Source of the DNA: Anthoceros angustus
Lineage: Eukaryota; Plantae; Anthocerotophyta
DNA length: 64,000 nucleotides
Assembly: GCA_010909165.1 (NCBI GenBank)
Contig: MU008162.1
Location: 1,116,001 to 1,180,000, forward strand
Direction: 5' to 3'
Shown here: positions 1-12,465 of the stretch, one piece after another
How the letters are laid out: every line of letters starts with the position of its first letter
How positions within the stretch are numbered: position 1 is the stretch's first letter
The notes under the pieces: generated by a model
Databases searched by the model: none
What the model was told of the DNA's origin: nothing
Seen by the model: the letters and a program-made list of their open reading frames with translations, nothing else
Program-made: the position numbers and the translations under genes

Positions 1-3000
1 GCATGGTTCAGCTTAAATGCATCAGCCGCCAGCTGATCATATTCAATGGCCCACTTGGTGCGGCTCACTCCTGCAAAACATGACAAGCAAGTTCCAGGTA
101 AGAAAAGAGAGCCACAGAGAAACAACTCAACTCTGGCGCTGTAACAAATCGAGTGGAGTAAGCCCATACCAGATTGCTGCAGCCCTTCAGAGAGACCACC
201 GCAGCCAGCGAAAATATCCAGGGTGGCAAGGCGCTGATCAGAGCCAGACTCGACTGTATCTTCGCATACTTCCACCGCCTTTCCTTTGCCTTTAACATTT
301 GTGGGAGTCTCTGGAGAGTGTGCTCTTGAAGAACTGAATTTGACGTGCGCTGGCAACTGTAGACAAACAAGGGCTCGTGAACCTTCAGGGAGGGAAACAT
401 TTTGACCACAATACACCATGAAAACGGAGGATAGTGATGGTTGTCATATACCTGTTTAACCGTGCCAGCTTTTGGGTCATAGATACAACTGCAGAAGAAA
501 ACATGTCTCAGGGCAGATTTCGCAGATGTGAACTGCACTTCCGAGCGCCTACGGACGTCACATTTCCCCTTTAAGCGGAGTATGTCGACCTTCGTCACTT
601 CCTCGGTGTAGTATACCTGCCATAGCACCACCAAAGGTTGACAAATACGATACCGATGGACTGCGGCTCTACCAGCGCCAATCACGACCCACAGTCGTTA
701 GCTCAAGGAGATCACAGATCGAGAAAAGATAGGCACCTCATAAAGATCAGCTTTGTACGCCTTTTGAGGGCCAACATCCTCAGGCCTATAGAATCTGCGG
801 ACCGTTAAACTTGAGGGCTTGGTCTCACTCTGGAAGCCAACAAGCTGGCAGATAGCAAAAGCCCTGAGGCCTTTGTTTCTGCTAGCTTTCACCCTTTCGG
901 CACACGTTGCTTCTGGCAGCGCAGACTTAAATGAATCAGGATCGAGGTAGATGAAATCATCTTTCAGATACTCAACTCCAGCAAGTGCGAACCCGTCTTT
1001 GCCCGGGAGAACCTGTATGCGCTTTGCTTCCTTTTCCCTGCTTGTTTCTTCACACGCTTGACACCTACCGTCACCGCGTGCCAACTTATCAGTTGGGAGA
1101 CTAAGGAAAGCCCCCTTTCCGGCAGAATATAGAGCTCGGCAGAAAAATTGAACAGGAAGACCACTCTGTTCTCTTTCAATGGCTAGGGCTCTCTCTGCTT
1201 CATCGAGCTTGGTATTGTCTTTCCTGTTGATATATCCCCACGGTCGCTTCCTGATCTCAACAGCGATGGTTCCTAAGGTGTTCTCTATTTCAACATCCAT
1301 GCAATCCTGCACTAAAAACAGCTCTCGCTCGTCAGCAGCATTACCGAGTACCGTGTTCATGCCTCGTTCCAGAATCCTCCCGTGAATCATATGCAGACCC
1401 TTTGTTGTTTCATACAAATACTCGACAAGGAGAATGACACTCTGATCCTGCCCACCCCCATCTACGAGGACAGCGGCCCCAGCACATATCTCTTCGTCGT
1501 TGTAACGAGCTTTCTGATATAGGAGAAACTTCGAGGTTGGCTCACGCTCCGGCTCCCCCGTCCATGTAAATGCATTCGAATCTCTGGTTTCTTTAGTCTT
1601 CGACCTCTTGGGCACAACAGGCTTCACCTTGATGTCGCTTGCAGTCTGAAACACGGTATCCTCCTCAGACTCACTGTTGTCTCCTTCATCTACTTCATCG
1701 TTCTCCTCCACACACACCTGATCTGCTAACGTTCCACCCTCTTCACTCTCAAGTTCCAATCTCTTGTAATAGGAACTCCAGATCCGATTGACAAGGTTGG
1801 TGGTCGTAGCTCGCATGGGTTTCTGCTTCTTGACATCGGGTCCGAGATACGCCCTGGGGTTCAAGTTTCTCCCCTTTTTAACAATGATGGTCTTCTTCTT
1901 GGACACTGATAGCTTGGTGTGATGCCTCTGTTCCATCTTGCTGGCCAGGCCAGAAATAAATGCACAGTTCTTAATCCTGGGATCAGGAAATTCTTCAAAC
2001 TGCTGCAAAATGATCTGGCCATGGACTACAACATATCTCTCCACATCCGCGACCTTGGAAGAGATGAAGGTCTTCGCATCTGTCGACTGCTCAGCGAGCT
2101 TCTTGATGACATCGAGGAAGGATAAGCGAGAGACCCTCAACTCTTCCTTCAACATGGTGATGATTTTGATGGCCAACTCAGCTGTCCTCAGTACAGGACT
2201 GTACCAGGGCAAATACTGCTGAGAAGGCTTTCCGAGCCGGTACCAAGCCCCATCTGTCCGAATGGAAATTGACAGGTACTGTGAACCAAACTCAATCACC
2301 CATTCTTTCACTGCACTCAGGTAAAGTGGAATACCGGATGCAGCTGACTCTGAGCCACCTGCCAGACATCAGTGAGGAAAGTTTGTCAGCGTTGTCATGA
2401 CAAGTAGCATGTCGGCAGCTAAGGCGCAGCAGAAAAGGAAACAATCTCGCTCTGCAACAGAGTAGGAGGTGTAGCATTACCAACGTCAGAGTATGAACCG
2501 TCATCCTCAGTCATCAGTCCAGACCCAAAAACCTCGACATCTATTTCGGTGCCGGCAAGCATGGGGAGAAGCTCCAAGGATATGAGCCGGGAATCAGAGT
2601 TGTACAGTGCCCAATCGTGCAACCTGCGACGGGGCAGGTCCTCTGGAAGGAGCTCAGCGACGTCGTCCTCCAAGATGAGGTACTCATCCACCTCGTCCTG
2701 CTTTGGTTTATAGTAGGCAGGCAGAGGATAATCAGCTGCAATCTCATCCTCATTGATCTTGATATACGGCTTGCTCTTCCTCTTGCTCTGCCTGCAAGAA
2801 ACCAACGTTTTGAGCACCACAACAAGCTAACAAAGCACTTGCAGACATGACCTCGAGATGATGCTCACTTGAGGAACTTCCTCTCCTCGTCTTCAACCAT
2901 TTTCTCATACTTCTGAAACAACCGGGTCTCCTCATCAGTCAAAGCGCAGGCTGGTGGATCCGAATTCGAGGACGAGCGAGCCTCCCCGATGGTCAGAGGC

Positions 3001-3932
3001 CTCGGCACCACCGGAAGTCCATCCTCCTCAAGAGCCGACCGAACTTCCACAGCATCTTTGAGAGCAACGAGAGCAGGTAATCCAGTGAAGAGCTGCTCCG
3101 CATCAGAAGCCGAGTCGTCCAGCCCGGTGAGCTGCTCCCATACCAGAAGTCCGCAAGACAGAATATAGTCCCGACCATACTTCTGCACCGGAGCCGCCGT
3201 CCGCTTTGCCTTCTGCTTCCGAATGGCCAACGCTCTCGACACCCGGGCCACAAGATCGTCAAGGCTAGCATCAGGATCACCTCCGTCAGCCTTAGACAGC
3301 GCTCTGTAGGCCTCAACGCACACCAAAGCCTTGTCATACAAGGCATCAAACAACTTCTTGTAATCCCCTGCCGGCTTCTCACAAACATAATCCGCAACCG
3401 CAGTGCTGAGCCACACCACTGGCTTCCTGTCCTCGTATCCAGTAATGGACCAGGACTCCAACTGTCCAAACCCCTCGCACCGCAGCCCGCTCTGCTTGTC
3501 CAGCGGGCCATCAAAAGGCAGCACAAGCGCACTGATGTACAGCGCCTTGCTATCAACCGCCTCAATTGGCTCCACCTTCCCGTCCTCATCATGCACAACA
3601 AAATCCACCAGCCTCCTCTGCGGAGGCTGCACATTCTCCCCCGGCGCGGCCGTGTGCGCCACCGCCGTCTCCTCCTGCTCCACAACCTTCACTTCCTTCA
3701 CCTCAATTTCACAAGCACTCTCCTCCACGTCCACATTCTCCTCCTTCAAGCACCGGCCTTCTGCCGCGGCCCGCTTCGGCCGCCTCCGCACACAAGGCAA
3801 ATCCCCTTCCCCTTCCTTCTCCTTCTTACTCTTCTTCTCCAGCGGCTCCCTTCCCGCCGTCTTCTCATCCGTGCAGAAAGCCTTTTCCGCAACAACAACC
3901 TCCCTCCCTCTCTTCTTCCCTTTCACCGCCAT
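1..3932 (-). CDS. MET1: DNA (cytosine-5) methyltransferase 1, maintenance CG methyltransferase; 3' part runs off the left edge
   Basis: Exons ~3932-2869, 2791-~2481, ~2359-737, 616-452, 357-170, 70-<1 with GT-AG introns. Two RFTS-like segments ([10 protein letters not shown]...; [22 protein letters not shown]; [23 protein letters not shown]), two BAH-like segments (VRRFYRPED), then C5-MTase motif [18 protein letters not shown] and KWAIEY. Confidence 0.95.
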
Positions 3933-4424
3933 GGCTCCAATTCAACACTCTTTCTCAACTTCCTCCCCTCCCCGTCCCACACTAAAGCCTTCTGCGGCCC
4001 TGCCGATCCCTGCCGACCCCCGCCAAACCGGAAAGATCAAGGAGCCGGGCCTGCGCTGCACCGATCCAATGCGCGGCAGGCCGTCATTCCAATGCGCGCC
4101 TCAGCGGGGAGCGCACTGATCCGCCCCCTCCGATCCCGAGGCAGGGGCACCAGAGCGGGCAAGGCGAGGGAAACGTGGTGAGCGAATCGAGAGAATGCGC
4201 GGCAGCCGGAGACGCATTCGGCGTGGGGAAGGCGGGCAATTGCGCAGGGCACAAGAGAGGCGCGCTGCGGGAGACGCATCAGCCGCAGCAGGAAGAGGAG
4301 GGGACCCAAGGCAGCGGAGGCAATCGCACTGGCGCCAAGCCAAGCTGCTTCAAGCGCGGTAACGAGAGCGGGAGGAGGCGAGCTCGGCCAAGGGCTTGTA
4401 CCATCGAGTGCTTTTTTCACTGGA

Positions 4425-4435
4425 TTGGCGCCAAA
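4425..4435. promoter_or_regulatory. Palindromic E2F-type site (TTTGGCGCCAA on the minus strand) ~0.5 kb upstream of the MET1 ATG
   Basis: TTGGCGCCAAA matches TTTSSCGS. Related GGCGCCAAG cores at ~4331 and ~4487. E2F/RBR control of plant MET1 is established; function at this site is inferred. Confidence 0.5.
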
Positions 4436-4677
4436 ATTGGAGTCCAAAGACGAACCACGCGGGCAGCGGCCCAGCGGGCGCCAAGTTCCACATCCACCCG
4501 CTCCCACCATCATACGCACATTCATGTTGGACCGGCATTCATATTCGATATTGGTATCTAGGGGGAATTTGTTTTTTAGCGAATTCATTTAGGGGGAGTT
4601 TCGCCAAAAGGGATGCAGATACCTATGTACGTAAATATTTGGAGGGATATAGGCTTCAAACTTTTCCAAGGTTCAGC

Positions 4678-4685
4678 TTTCCCGC
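4678..4685 (+). promoter_or_regulatory. Canonical E2F site TTTCCCGC upstream of MET1
   Basis: Exact match to the E2F consensus ~750 bp upstream of the MET1 start. Confidence 0.4.
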
Positions 4686-4999
4686 GGCCGAATACCTTTG
4701 GTACTCGGGCTACTTTTCGAGAGTCGAGTTTTGGCCTTCGCCTATGTAGCACATCGTTTCCTCGGCGCCTGTACGGGTTTTGTCGTGACATTGGTATTCC
4801 TCTCTCCCCTCTTATGGACCGGGAACCGTGGCCTCCATTCATCCCGTCATTACGTTCCGCTGCTGGATTGGTTAGGGTTTCGGAAACGCCCGTTCATCCC
4901 ATTTTACATCTCGGAAAGCTGGATTAATTAGGGTTTCGAAGATGCGCATCACTGCTGACGACACTGAACACCAAAGCTACCTCATCTCCAAAACTACCT

Positions 5000-7400
5000 C
5001 ATCACCAAAACCACTTGAATGGCTACCTGTTTGAATGGCGCTGCCCCATAAGAGATGGCTACTTGTTCTCTATTGGTTCTTCCCAAGGTTCGACGTGCTC
5101 GGATACTTCACCACATCACTTGGTTGAGGAGCCACCAAGCGGAGCATTTGGGAAAAAAGATTTAATTTGGACCTCAGATACTTATCAATTGAATGATATT
5201 CAGCAAGCTGTCAAAATTGCTTATGAACCAATGTGCAGAATTGAGGACTTCATGGTAGGAGAGGAGGAAAATCCTACGTTCCCAACTAAGTTTTGCTGTA
5301 CAAATTCATGGAAGTCGACCGCTGAGCTGACATACCATCCAAAGATGGCCAAAGTTGCTCTAGAAAAGTGCACATGTGCCAATCTGGCCTAGCAGATCAT
5401 AGCCATAGAGTTGGTCGGGACATCCTTCCTATGGACAGGCCCAATTGGTCCAGATAACCGAAGGAAGAAGGTCAGCAAGATGCGGGGTTGCCTTTATGAA
5501 TTCCATGTAACACAATTACTTATGTGGTTTGATATTTGCTAGGTTCGTGTCCACCATGGCCACCACACAAATATTGCTGGAGATTTATGTCATGGGCAAG
5601 TAATGGAGGGCCGCGAAAATTAGCATGTTAGAGTTGCTTCATACTTGTCCGAAAGGAAAAAGAAATGGGTAAGACAACAAAGCCAATGATCATGCATGAG
5701 CATGAGGCCGAGGTTTACCCAAAGCAGCGTAAGAACACCACTTATGTGTTTACTAGAGATGACTCCTTGTCCCCTAAAGACATCCAAATTTTGGAACAAA
5801 CTAGAGATGACTCCTTGTCCCCTAAAGACATCCAAATTTTGGAACAAGGTGTAAGTAGTAGATTGTATCAATTGCATGCAAATGATCAAGTGTTCGGCTA
5901 TGGATAAACATTCATACAAGCCTCATTTTCTATCAAGACAATCATGCAATGTCCAAGATAGTCATTTTGTGCTAGGTGTGCAAACCCCGTTCATACAAGA
6001 CACTACGCCACAATGGGGCAACAAGTATGTAGTCTCCATGGACGCCACCTTTGGCTTAAACAAATGGCATGTAAGACTTGTGTACACTTCCGTTTACCTT
6101 CATTCTGCCTCCTTTCGAACATTTTGCATCCACCTAATATTTGTTCTAGTACTCCTATGTACAGTTTCAGCTGTTCAGCCTTCCCGTCTTTGATGATCAT
6201 ATGAATGGCGTTCGCGTCGCTTGGGTTTGAATCAAGTTCAGAGAAGGCAACGATGTTGCAGCATGGTTACAGGCATTGAAGGACAAATTGCAAGAGATTG
6301 ATAGTACTTGAATACCGCATGGTTACAGGTACTGACAAATTACAAGAGATTGACAATACTTGGATGTCGTGTGCTTTTCTGATCAATGAATGTAAAGCAA
6401 AAATAAATGCTATAAGGCATGTTTTTGGGAAGGACTATCTTGTGTTATTGTGTTTATGGCATGTAAGAAGAGCTTGGTTACGAAATCTTCTACAGAAGGT
6501 GAAGCATGGTACTGACAAGATGCATATTATGCAACGACTCGGTGACATAATGTACTGGGGAACTAGGTCCTAAAACATCAACCCAAGAGGCAGAGGCCAT
6601 GCTTGCTAAATTGATAGCATAGTACCAACTCAAGTATCCAACATTTTTCACCTAGTTTAGAAGAGAATGGGGACATAATATAGCCATGTGGATCAAGGCC
6701 GTGCGAACAATTCCTCATGCAAAGTTAGATTATAATAGTAACATAGAAGAATGCCATTTACATCTAAAAGTACGAGCTTCCCTTACTAAGTAACTCATGC
6801 GAGGACGTAGAGTAGATTGGCTCCAATTCATGTCTTTATTAAAGAAGTTGAGATTCAGTTTTAGCATCAGCTGTAATGTAAAGAAGCTAGCTTTGTGAGG
6901 AACACAAAGTTAGAAAGCATGGTGGGACATTCGATTGCAAAAGCCATGAAAATCGTAGATTCTGATGAAACTTTACCAGCCTCCTGTGACAGTCGGGCTT
7001 ATGTGTGTTTCCAGAATGACAAAGATGTGAGCCCTCACTTTCATTGTTGAAAATGCACATGGTATCTGAGCAAGTACTTGTTCATGTCCATGGGCGTTAC
7101 CAGGCAATATGTGTAAGCATCAAGTAAAAGTACTTATAATGTTTGAGAAACTCAAGCCTACCACTAATCTCGTGCAAAGACTCATGAGTTTGAAGTATGC
7201 TGAATTTATTGGAAAGATCATTCGTAACACTAAAAGTGACGATGTACATTATTGCCCAATAGGAGCTAATGCTAGCCCTCAGAAGATTCATGATGCTATA
7301 GCTGCTAAAGTTTTCTCTATGACCCAGCAAACCACATGCATGCGAAGTCAAATTTTCTCAATGACTCGGAACATAGGGCGTGCGTAGAGCACGTTAAATA
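5000..7400 (+). mobile_element. Degenerate Mutator-like (MULE) transposase with SWIM zinc finger; many stops and frameshifts
   Basis: Fragments VVSMDATFG (first catalytic D), LCLWHVRRAW (CxxH motif), SNIEEWHLHLK and SWIM CSCPWALPGNMCKH (~7085-7130). No convincing TIR pair found. Confidence 0.8.
5752..5847 (+). repeat. Perfect 48-bp tandem duplication (2 copies) inside the MULE remnant
   Basis: actagagatgactccttgtcccctaaagacatccaaattttggaacaa x2, in frame (TRDDSLSPKDIQILEQ x2). Confidence 0.95.
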
Positions 7401-7783
7401 GCTCATCGTTGGGCTTTAAAGTTTACCACATTATAGGAACAAAGTGCCTCGTGACAGCCAAGTAAACATTTTCACTCAAAGTTATGCGTCAAACGACGTG
7501 AGCTGCAAACTCGGGAGACAAGACCCAAAATTAAGTGTTAATGTGGTACAAGAAAAAGTATTTCAAGAGAATATTGCCATATTGCAAGTTGAGGAGCATA
7601 GGGAATTGATATAGTGATGTTTTAGGTTAGAGTACCACAAGACATAAAAGCTTCGGCTCAGTACCCCCTTCCTTTACCTGAGCATAACTCCTGTAGCATA
7701 CCCTAGTTATTGCTCTGTGTTGTTCACATGTCATTTTCATAGCTTGGAAACGTGTTGCTCCCCTTATGTCACAATATATTTCC

Positions 7784-7908
7784 TACAATATTTTTGCCAT
7801 AGTATATATGCTATAATATATATGCTACAATATTTTTGCCATAGTATATATGCCACAATATATATGCTAAAATATTTTTGCAACAATATATATGGCACAA
7901 TATTTTTT
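7784..7908. repeat. AT-rich imperfect 42-bp tandem repeat (~3 copies)
   Basis: tacaatatttttgccatagtatatatgctataatatatatgc units start at 7784, 7826, 7868. Confidence 0.85.
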
Positions 7909-7998
7909 ACTATATTATATTTACCATAAGTTATTTACTACAATAGATTTATCATAATAGATTTGCCACACAACACAAGTCATAATAATATGGATTGC

Positions 7999-8057
7999 GT
8001 TGTGGATAAAACTGTGGACTATGTTGTGGATATAACTGTGGACTATGTTGTGGATAT
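7999..8057. repeat. 24-bp tandem repeat (~2.5 copies)
   Basis: gttgtggata(a/t)aactgtggactat units at 7999, 8023, 8047. Confidence 0.85.
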
Positions 8058-9185
8058 CCACACAATGCAACAATTCAACATCTCGACAACATCACACGGT
8101 ATCCATACCTACCATGCTACAACACACAACCTCCATCCCCTTCTTCGGTGCGCTTAAAATCTCGACCCACTCCCATCACTACTAACCACCAAACATGTAA
8201 CTAAGAATAACAACGCATCTCTCTCAAAGTTAACAAACTTCATGATAAGCTTACAGAAACGAGCGTCTCCAATTCAAAAACTTCATACAAAAGAAAAGCT
8301 TTAGTCTCCAAATTAGAACAGACACTTTGAATATATTGATTACGGAGCCCCACTAACTCTTCAACCATTTCAGCTCTAGCTTCATCAAAAGGAAAGACTT
8401 TAGTCTCCAAAGTGGAATAAGGAACTTTCCACGCATTAAACATGAGCCGCCACTCCATAAGGTACCTACTATATTAAAAATTATTATTTTTTATCTCCCA
8501 AAGAATTCGCCAACAAAGAAACTTCATTTTCCTACACAAAAATCTCAAATACAACAGCCTCTCCAGCTTAGAATAACTGGGCATTCGCACACCCAAAATA
8601 AACAACACTATATTTCGGCTCCCAAAGTTGGTAGCAATGCAAGGGATAAGCCCTCCAGCAGGGCATAACCAATAAAGAAACCCAATGAAGGCAAGTCTAG
8701 CACACGCGCAACCCTTGTAACGTTCAGTTTATAAAGTGAATATCGACGTAAGGGTAATAGACTGTCAACTGTCGCATGTTCTTGTACCAACTGTCGCATG
8801 TTCTTGTACCAGTACTTGAAAGTGCTAAATGCTAATAGTCATCACGAACATTCCAGCCATATTACGCTGTCCCTGGTGACACGTCTAGGTCTAACTCTGT
8901 GCTGCGACTGACTAGTCCAGGTCTAAACTATCGGCCTGGCATCTGGGGCTATGCTAGGCCGAGATTGGGGAACCCTCCACCTTGAGCAGTACCGAAGAGA
9001 AGGTTAGGATTTACAGAAACGGCCCACTGAATAAAAAATCCATAAATACATCCATTCTACCTCAACGTACCGCTACTTCATTCAGACTGACCATCCGGGA
9101 TTAGGCAAAACCGTTCCAAGCTTACACTCCTGAATTCGAGTGCAGACTCGGGGATAATCCTACAGCATCATGCATAGATAATATG

Positions 9186-11388
9186 CTAGCCTGCCAAAGA
9201 AGAGCTGGACGAAGATCCATCGGAAGATCTGAAAGAGTGCGTCCCACCACCTTCCTCGACTGCTTTACTCCAAACAGACGCCATTTTTTCGTGATAGGCA
9301 ATCTGCACAGACGATTTTTTTGGCTTTCGCAATCAATGAAATGAAACGAAAATCCCAAACACGGAACTGGACTGGCGTGACATCTCCTCTGTAGCTCACC
9401 GCGGTATGAACAAAGCCCCTCAACATGTCAAAGGAGTCGTGCCGTCTGTCTTCTTCGAATCTCTCAAGTTCTGTCCGGTTATGCTCCTGCAAAACAGATG
9501 GGAATGTCTTCAAAATAAGTCCAAACACAAAACAGCTGCCGCACGCTCTTGTGCTCCAGAGTGGTAAATAAAATTTGGCAGGCAGACAACCAGGATCTGA
9601 CCAGGAAATATTCATGGAGAACCTGTAATCTCATACCTTGATGCTGTCATACTCTCTCTGGGCGCAGTCCTTTGATTCCTCAACAACTTTCAGAGTCTCC
9701 TTCAACTCCTCAACCTTTCTGATCCTCGACTTATCTCCACCAAAGACCTTTGAGGATGCTGCCTTCAGCTTTTCAACTCGAGTATTGAGAGAAACAAGGT
9801 CTGACGTGAGTGTTTGCACAGTCAACAATGCATTCGAGCGATCTGCGAAAGCTGCATGCAGCGCCTGCATGAAGCCAAGCTGCTCGTGCAGTTGATCCTG
9901 TCCAGTGTCAACCCACTCTACCACATAAGCAACTTCTCCACAAGTGTCAGCCTAAGTAGTGATATGCAATTCTCACCAGATGCTTCACAGACTGTGCAGT
10001 GGCTTCCCGATAGAATCTGCTTGCTTTAACAGCTGCAGTTGCCATCCTTTTGACATTTGCAGCATTCACCCGTTGTGTGTCAGACGTGGCCTCCTCTGTC
10101 TCAAACTTGGCCAGTTTAATGAAAGCCAATCCCATTTCTCCCATCACCTCCCCCACCTCCTGTTGAGTCTTGACCAAAGCTTCTGCCTGCATGTAACAGC
10201 GTGCTACCATTAGTTGAATTCCGAGACGCAAACCACCGACACAACAGCACATGAGCAAAGAAATGACGACCAGCATCATCCTTCTCACAATGCCCGCAAA
10301 CCAAATCAATCTTACCTGCTGAGAAGCTTCACCTAAGTGGCGTTCAAGATCCAGCAGCTTTTCTTTCTTCTCAATAAAACCCTTGTCCTCCTCAAACACT
10401 GCAGGCTTGGTGCTACTCCAGTCATTGGTAACAGACTGCTTCAACTCCTTGAACAACCTCACCAAATCCCTCCCTTGCTTGGCAGGCTGGGCCACATCAT
10501 GCGGAGCAAGCATGGTGCTGCCTTCCCCAAACAGCTGCCTAGGCAGCTTCACAGCCCCATCCAGCATCCTGGACGCCATGTCCGTAGTGGGAGTAAGCGG
10601 AAGCTTTCCCTGGAACTGAAGAAACAGCCGTAACTCATCACTTCTCCTAAGCACAGGATGCTGAGCCAGCCTCCCGAGATACTTCTCCAGGGCAACCCGC
10701 CTCTGCTCAATAAATTCCTGCTTCTGCATGACCTGACTTTCCACAATACTCTTGTCCGGGCGCGGAGGGATGAAATATCCCCTGAACGCATCAGCCAGCC
10801 GGTCCGCAAGCGTCACCACATCCCGGAACCTTCTCCGAACGCTGAAATCCGTCCCTCTGTACTCCGGTATGTTGGTGCGAGTCACTATGAGGTAAGTCAC
10901 GTACGTCCCAGCCCCGGGCACCAGGGATCCTCCCCCGTCCTGCGCTTTCTGCGGCTGCGTCACAGCCACGCTCAGCATCTCCTCCGAGCTCGACGAGTGG
11001 TCACGGGACGGAGACGAGACCCCGACTTCCCTGGCACTGCCATTTCCCGAAGCCTCTCCCATATACGACGGCCTGAAGATCGCATCGGCGTAGGACGGCG
11101 GCTCCACCAGCAGATCGTCCTGGAAGCCTTTCCCGGACGACGAATCCATGAAGCTCTTCCGGTAGGACGGGTCCTTGAAGGTCTTGTGAGCCGCGAAGTC
11201 GAGCCTGGAGGGGGCCAGGGGGTGAGCATCGTCCCCGATGCTGCTGGACATGGCGCTGCGGTAGTCGCTCTCCAGGAAGGGGGAACCCCGGCTCCGATCC
11301 CTGGGAGACTGATCCAGCACCAGGCTTTCCATGGAGTCCTCGGGCGAGTAGAGGCGGTGCTGCTCCCCTCCTGCTCCGACCCCATCAT
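9186..11388 (-). CDS. SNX2: Sorting nexin 2 (PX + BAR/Vps5); apparent 1-nt frameshift just after the start
   Basis: Exons ~11388-10316, 10186-9977, 9897-9637, 9486-9400, 9302-9186. YRSAMS, EPPSYAD, PX core RRRFRDVVTLADRL...IPPRPDKS..ESQVMQKQEF, BAR AFADRSNALLTVQTL, SKVFGGDKSR. GCCACCATGATGGGG (MMGSE) is out of frame with the body. Confidence 0.92.
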
Positions 11389-11951
11389 GGTGGCAGATGC
11401 CTGGCCCGCCGCAGCAGGCAGCAGCAGCAGATCGGCAGCGCAGCTCGGATTCAGGAAGCAGCAGATGCAGGAGCTGGATGGAGATGGAACCGGCTGCCAT
11501 CAGCCATGGCAGGCGTGCTGCACACCCTCTCTTGCGCGCTGTGCTGATTGGAGCACTCCAGCTCTGTCCTTCTTCCCCCTTTGTACATCCATGCAGCTTT
11601 TCTCCTCTGCAAGCTCACGTCAATCCAGCAAACAGACCTTAATCCTGCATCAAAATTAGCAGTGTTTCACACTCGCTTCACCGCTTCCCGTACATCGATA
11701 CACTGCCCCGGATCGCAATTGCAAACACACCACAGCGAAATTGGGAGGCGCGGACACCGCTTCCTACACTGTAGGAATCGCGAGCAAGCAAGGTTTTCGT
11801 GCGTGCGCGAAAAGAGTCTTTGGTTCAGGGTTTGAGTTTTCCTGAATCAGCTTTAAGTTTTTCTTTGGAGACTCTCACTTACCGATAGGAAAGAATAATT
11901 TAATTACTTTCCAACATAAAATGTATTTCATACATTTGGTTTGGCATGCAG

Positions 11952-12047
11952 GGCTGAAGGAAGGCCAAACAAGGAAACCAAAGTTCAGACCCAAAATGCG
12001 GCTGAAGGAAGGCCAAACAAGGAAACCAAAGTTCAGACCCAAAATGC
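11952..12047. repeat. Perfect 48-bp tandem duplication between SNX2 and CDKF
   Basis: ggctgaaggaaggccaaacaaggaaaccaaagttcagacccaaaatgc x2. Confidence 0.95.
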
Positions 12048-12465
12048 ATGTCACCCGCCAGACACCTAATTGGAGGATCTAGAAGTTTGAATAATAATAA
12101 CAACGTCGGCACCTAATCTTCCACTGGATCGAATGGTAGTCTTGCGAGATGTGCCTCGACAAACGGCGAGGCTAAGTACTATGAATGTATATACAGAGGA
12201 TGAAGGACCTACAAGAGTCGATTCCACGCAGTTAATACACCGATATATGAATTGGAAGAGAGAAATCGGCAGAATTTGATTTTAGGCTCTAAGCTCACCT
12301 ACGAGGATATGAACTCGATAGCCCCTCCGCCTCCTCCCCACAAGACGTATCTCCAAATTCAGCAAGGCAGCTGACTCCCTGCAATAGGGTATGTAGCATT
12401 TTCTTCCTCGAGAGAGGATTTCAGTACCAGCAAGGTTCCCATCTTAGCCGCTAGAAATGAGAACA

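Noticed and set aside
3403-4749. Plus-strand ORFs antisense to MET1 exon 1 and its promoter; likewise 10658-11659, 16355-17062, 61867-62619 and the CHX antisense ORFs
   Set aside because: Shadow frames of GC-rich coding or CpG-rich DNA with no independent motifs.
8240-8799. ORFs of 72 and 63 aa as genes
   Set aside because: Short, no motifs, and interleaved with small duplications; probably TE debris.
4540-8800. TIR-bounded complete MULE
   Set aside because: No inverted terminal match or 9-bp TSD could be found by eye; only the transposase remnant is reported.
11389-11500. N-terminal extension of the 517-aa ORF-track SNX2 product (MAAGSISIQ...)
   Set aside because: It has no resemblance to SNX2; the MMGSE ATG at 11388 matches the family N-terminus and has the better Kozak context.
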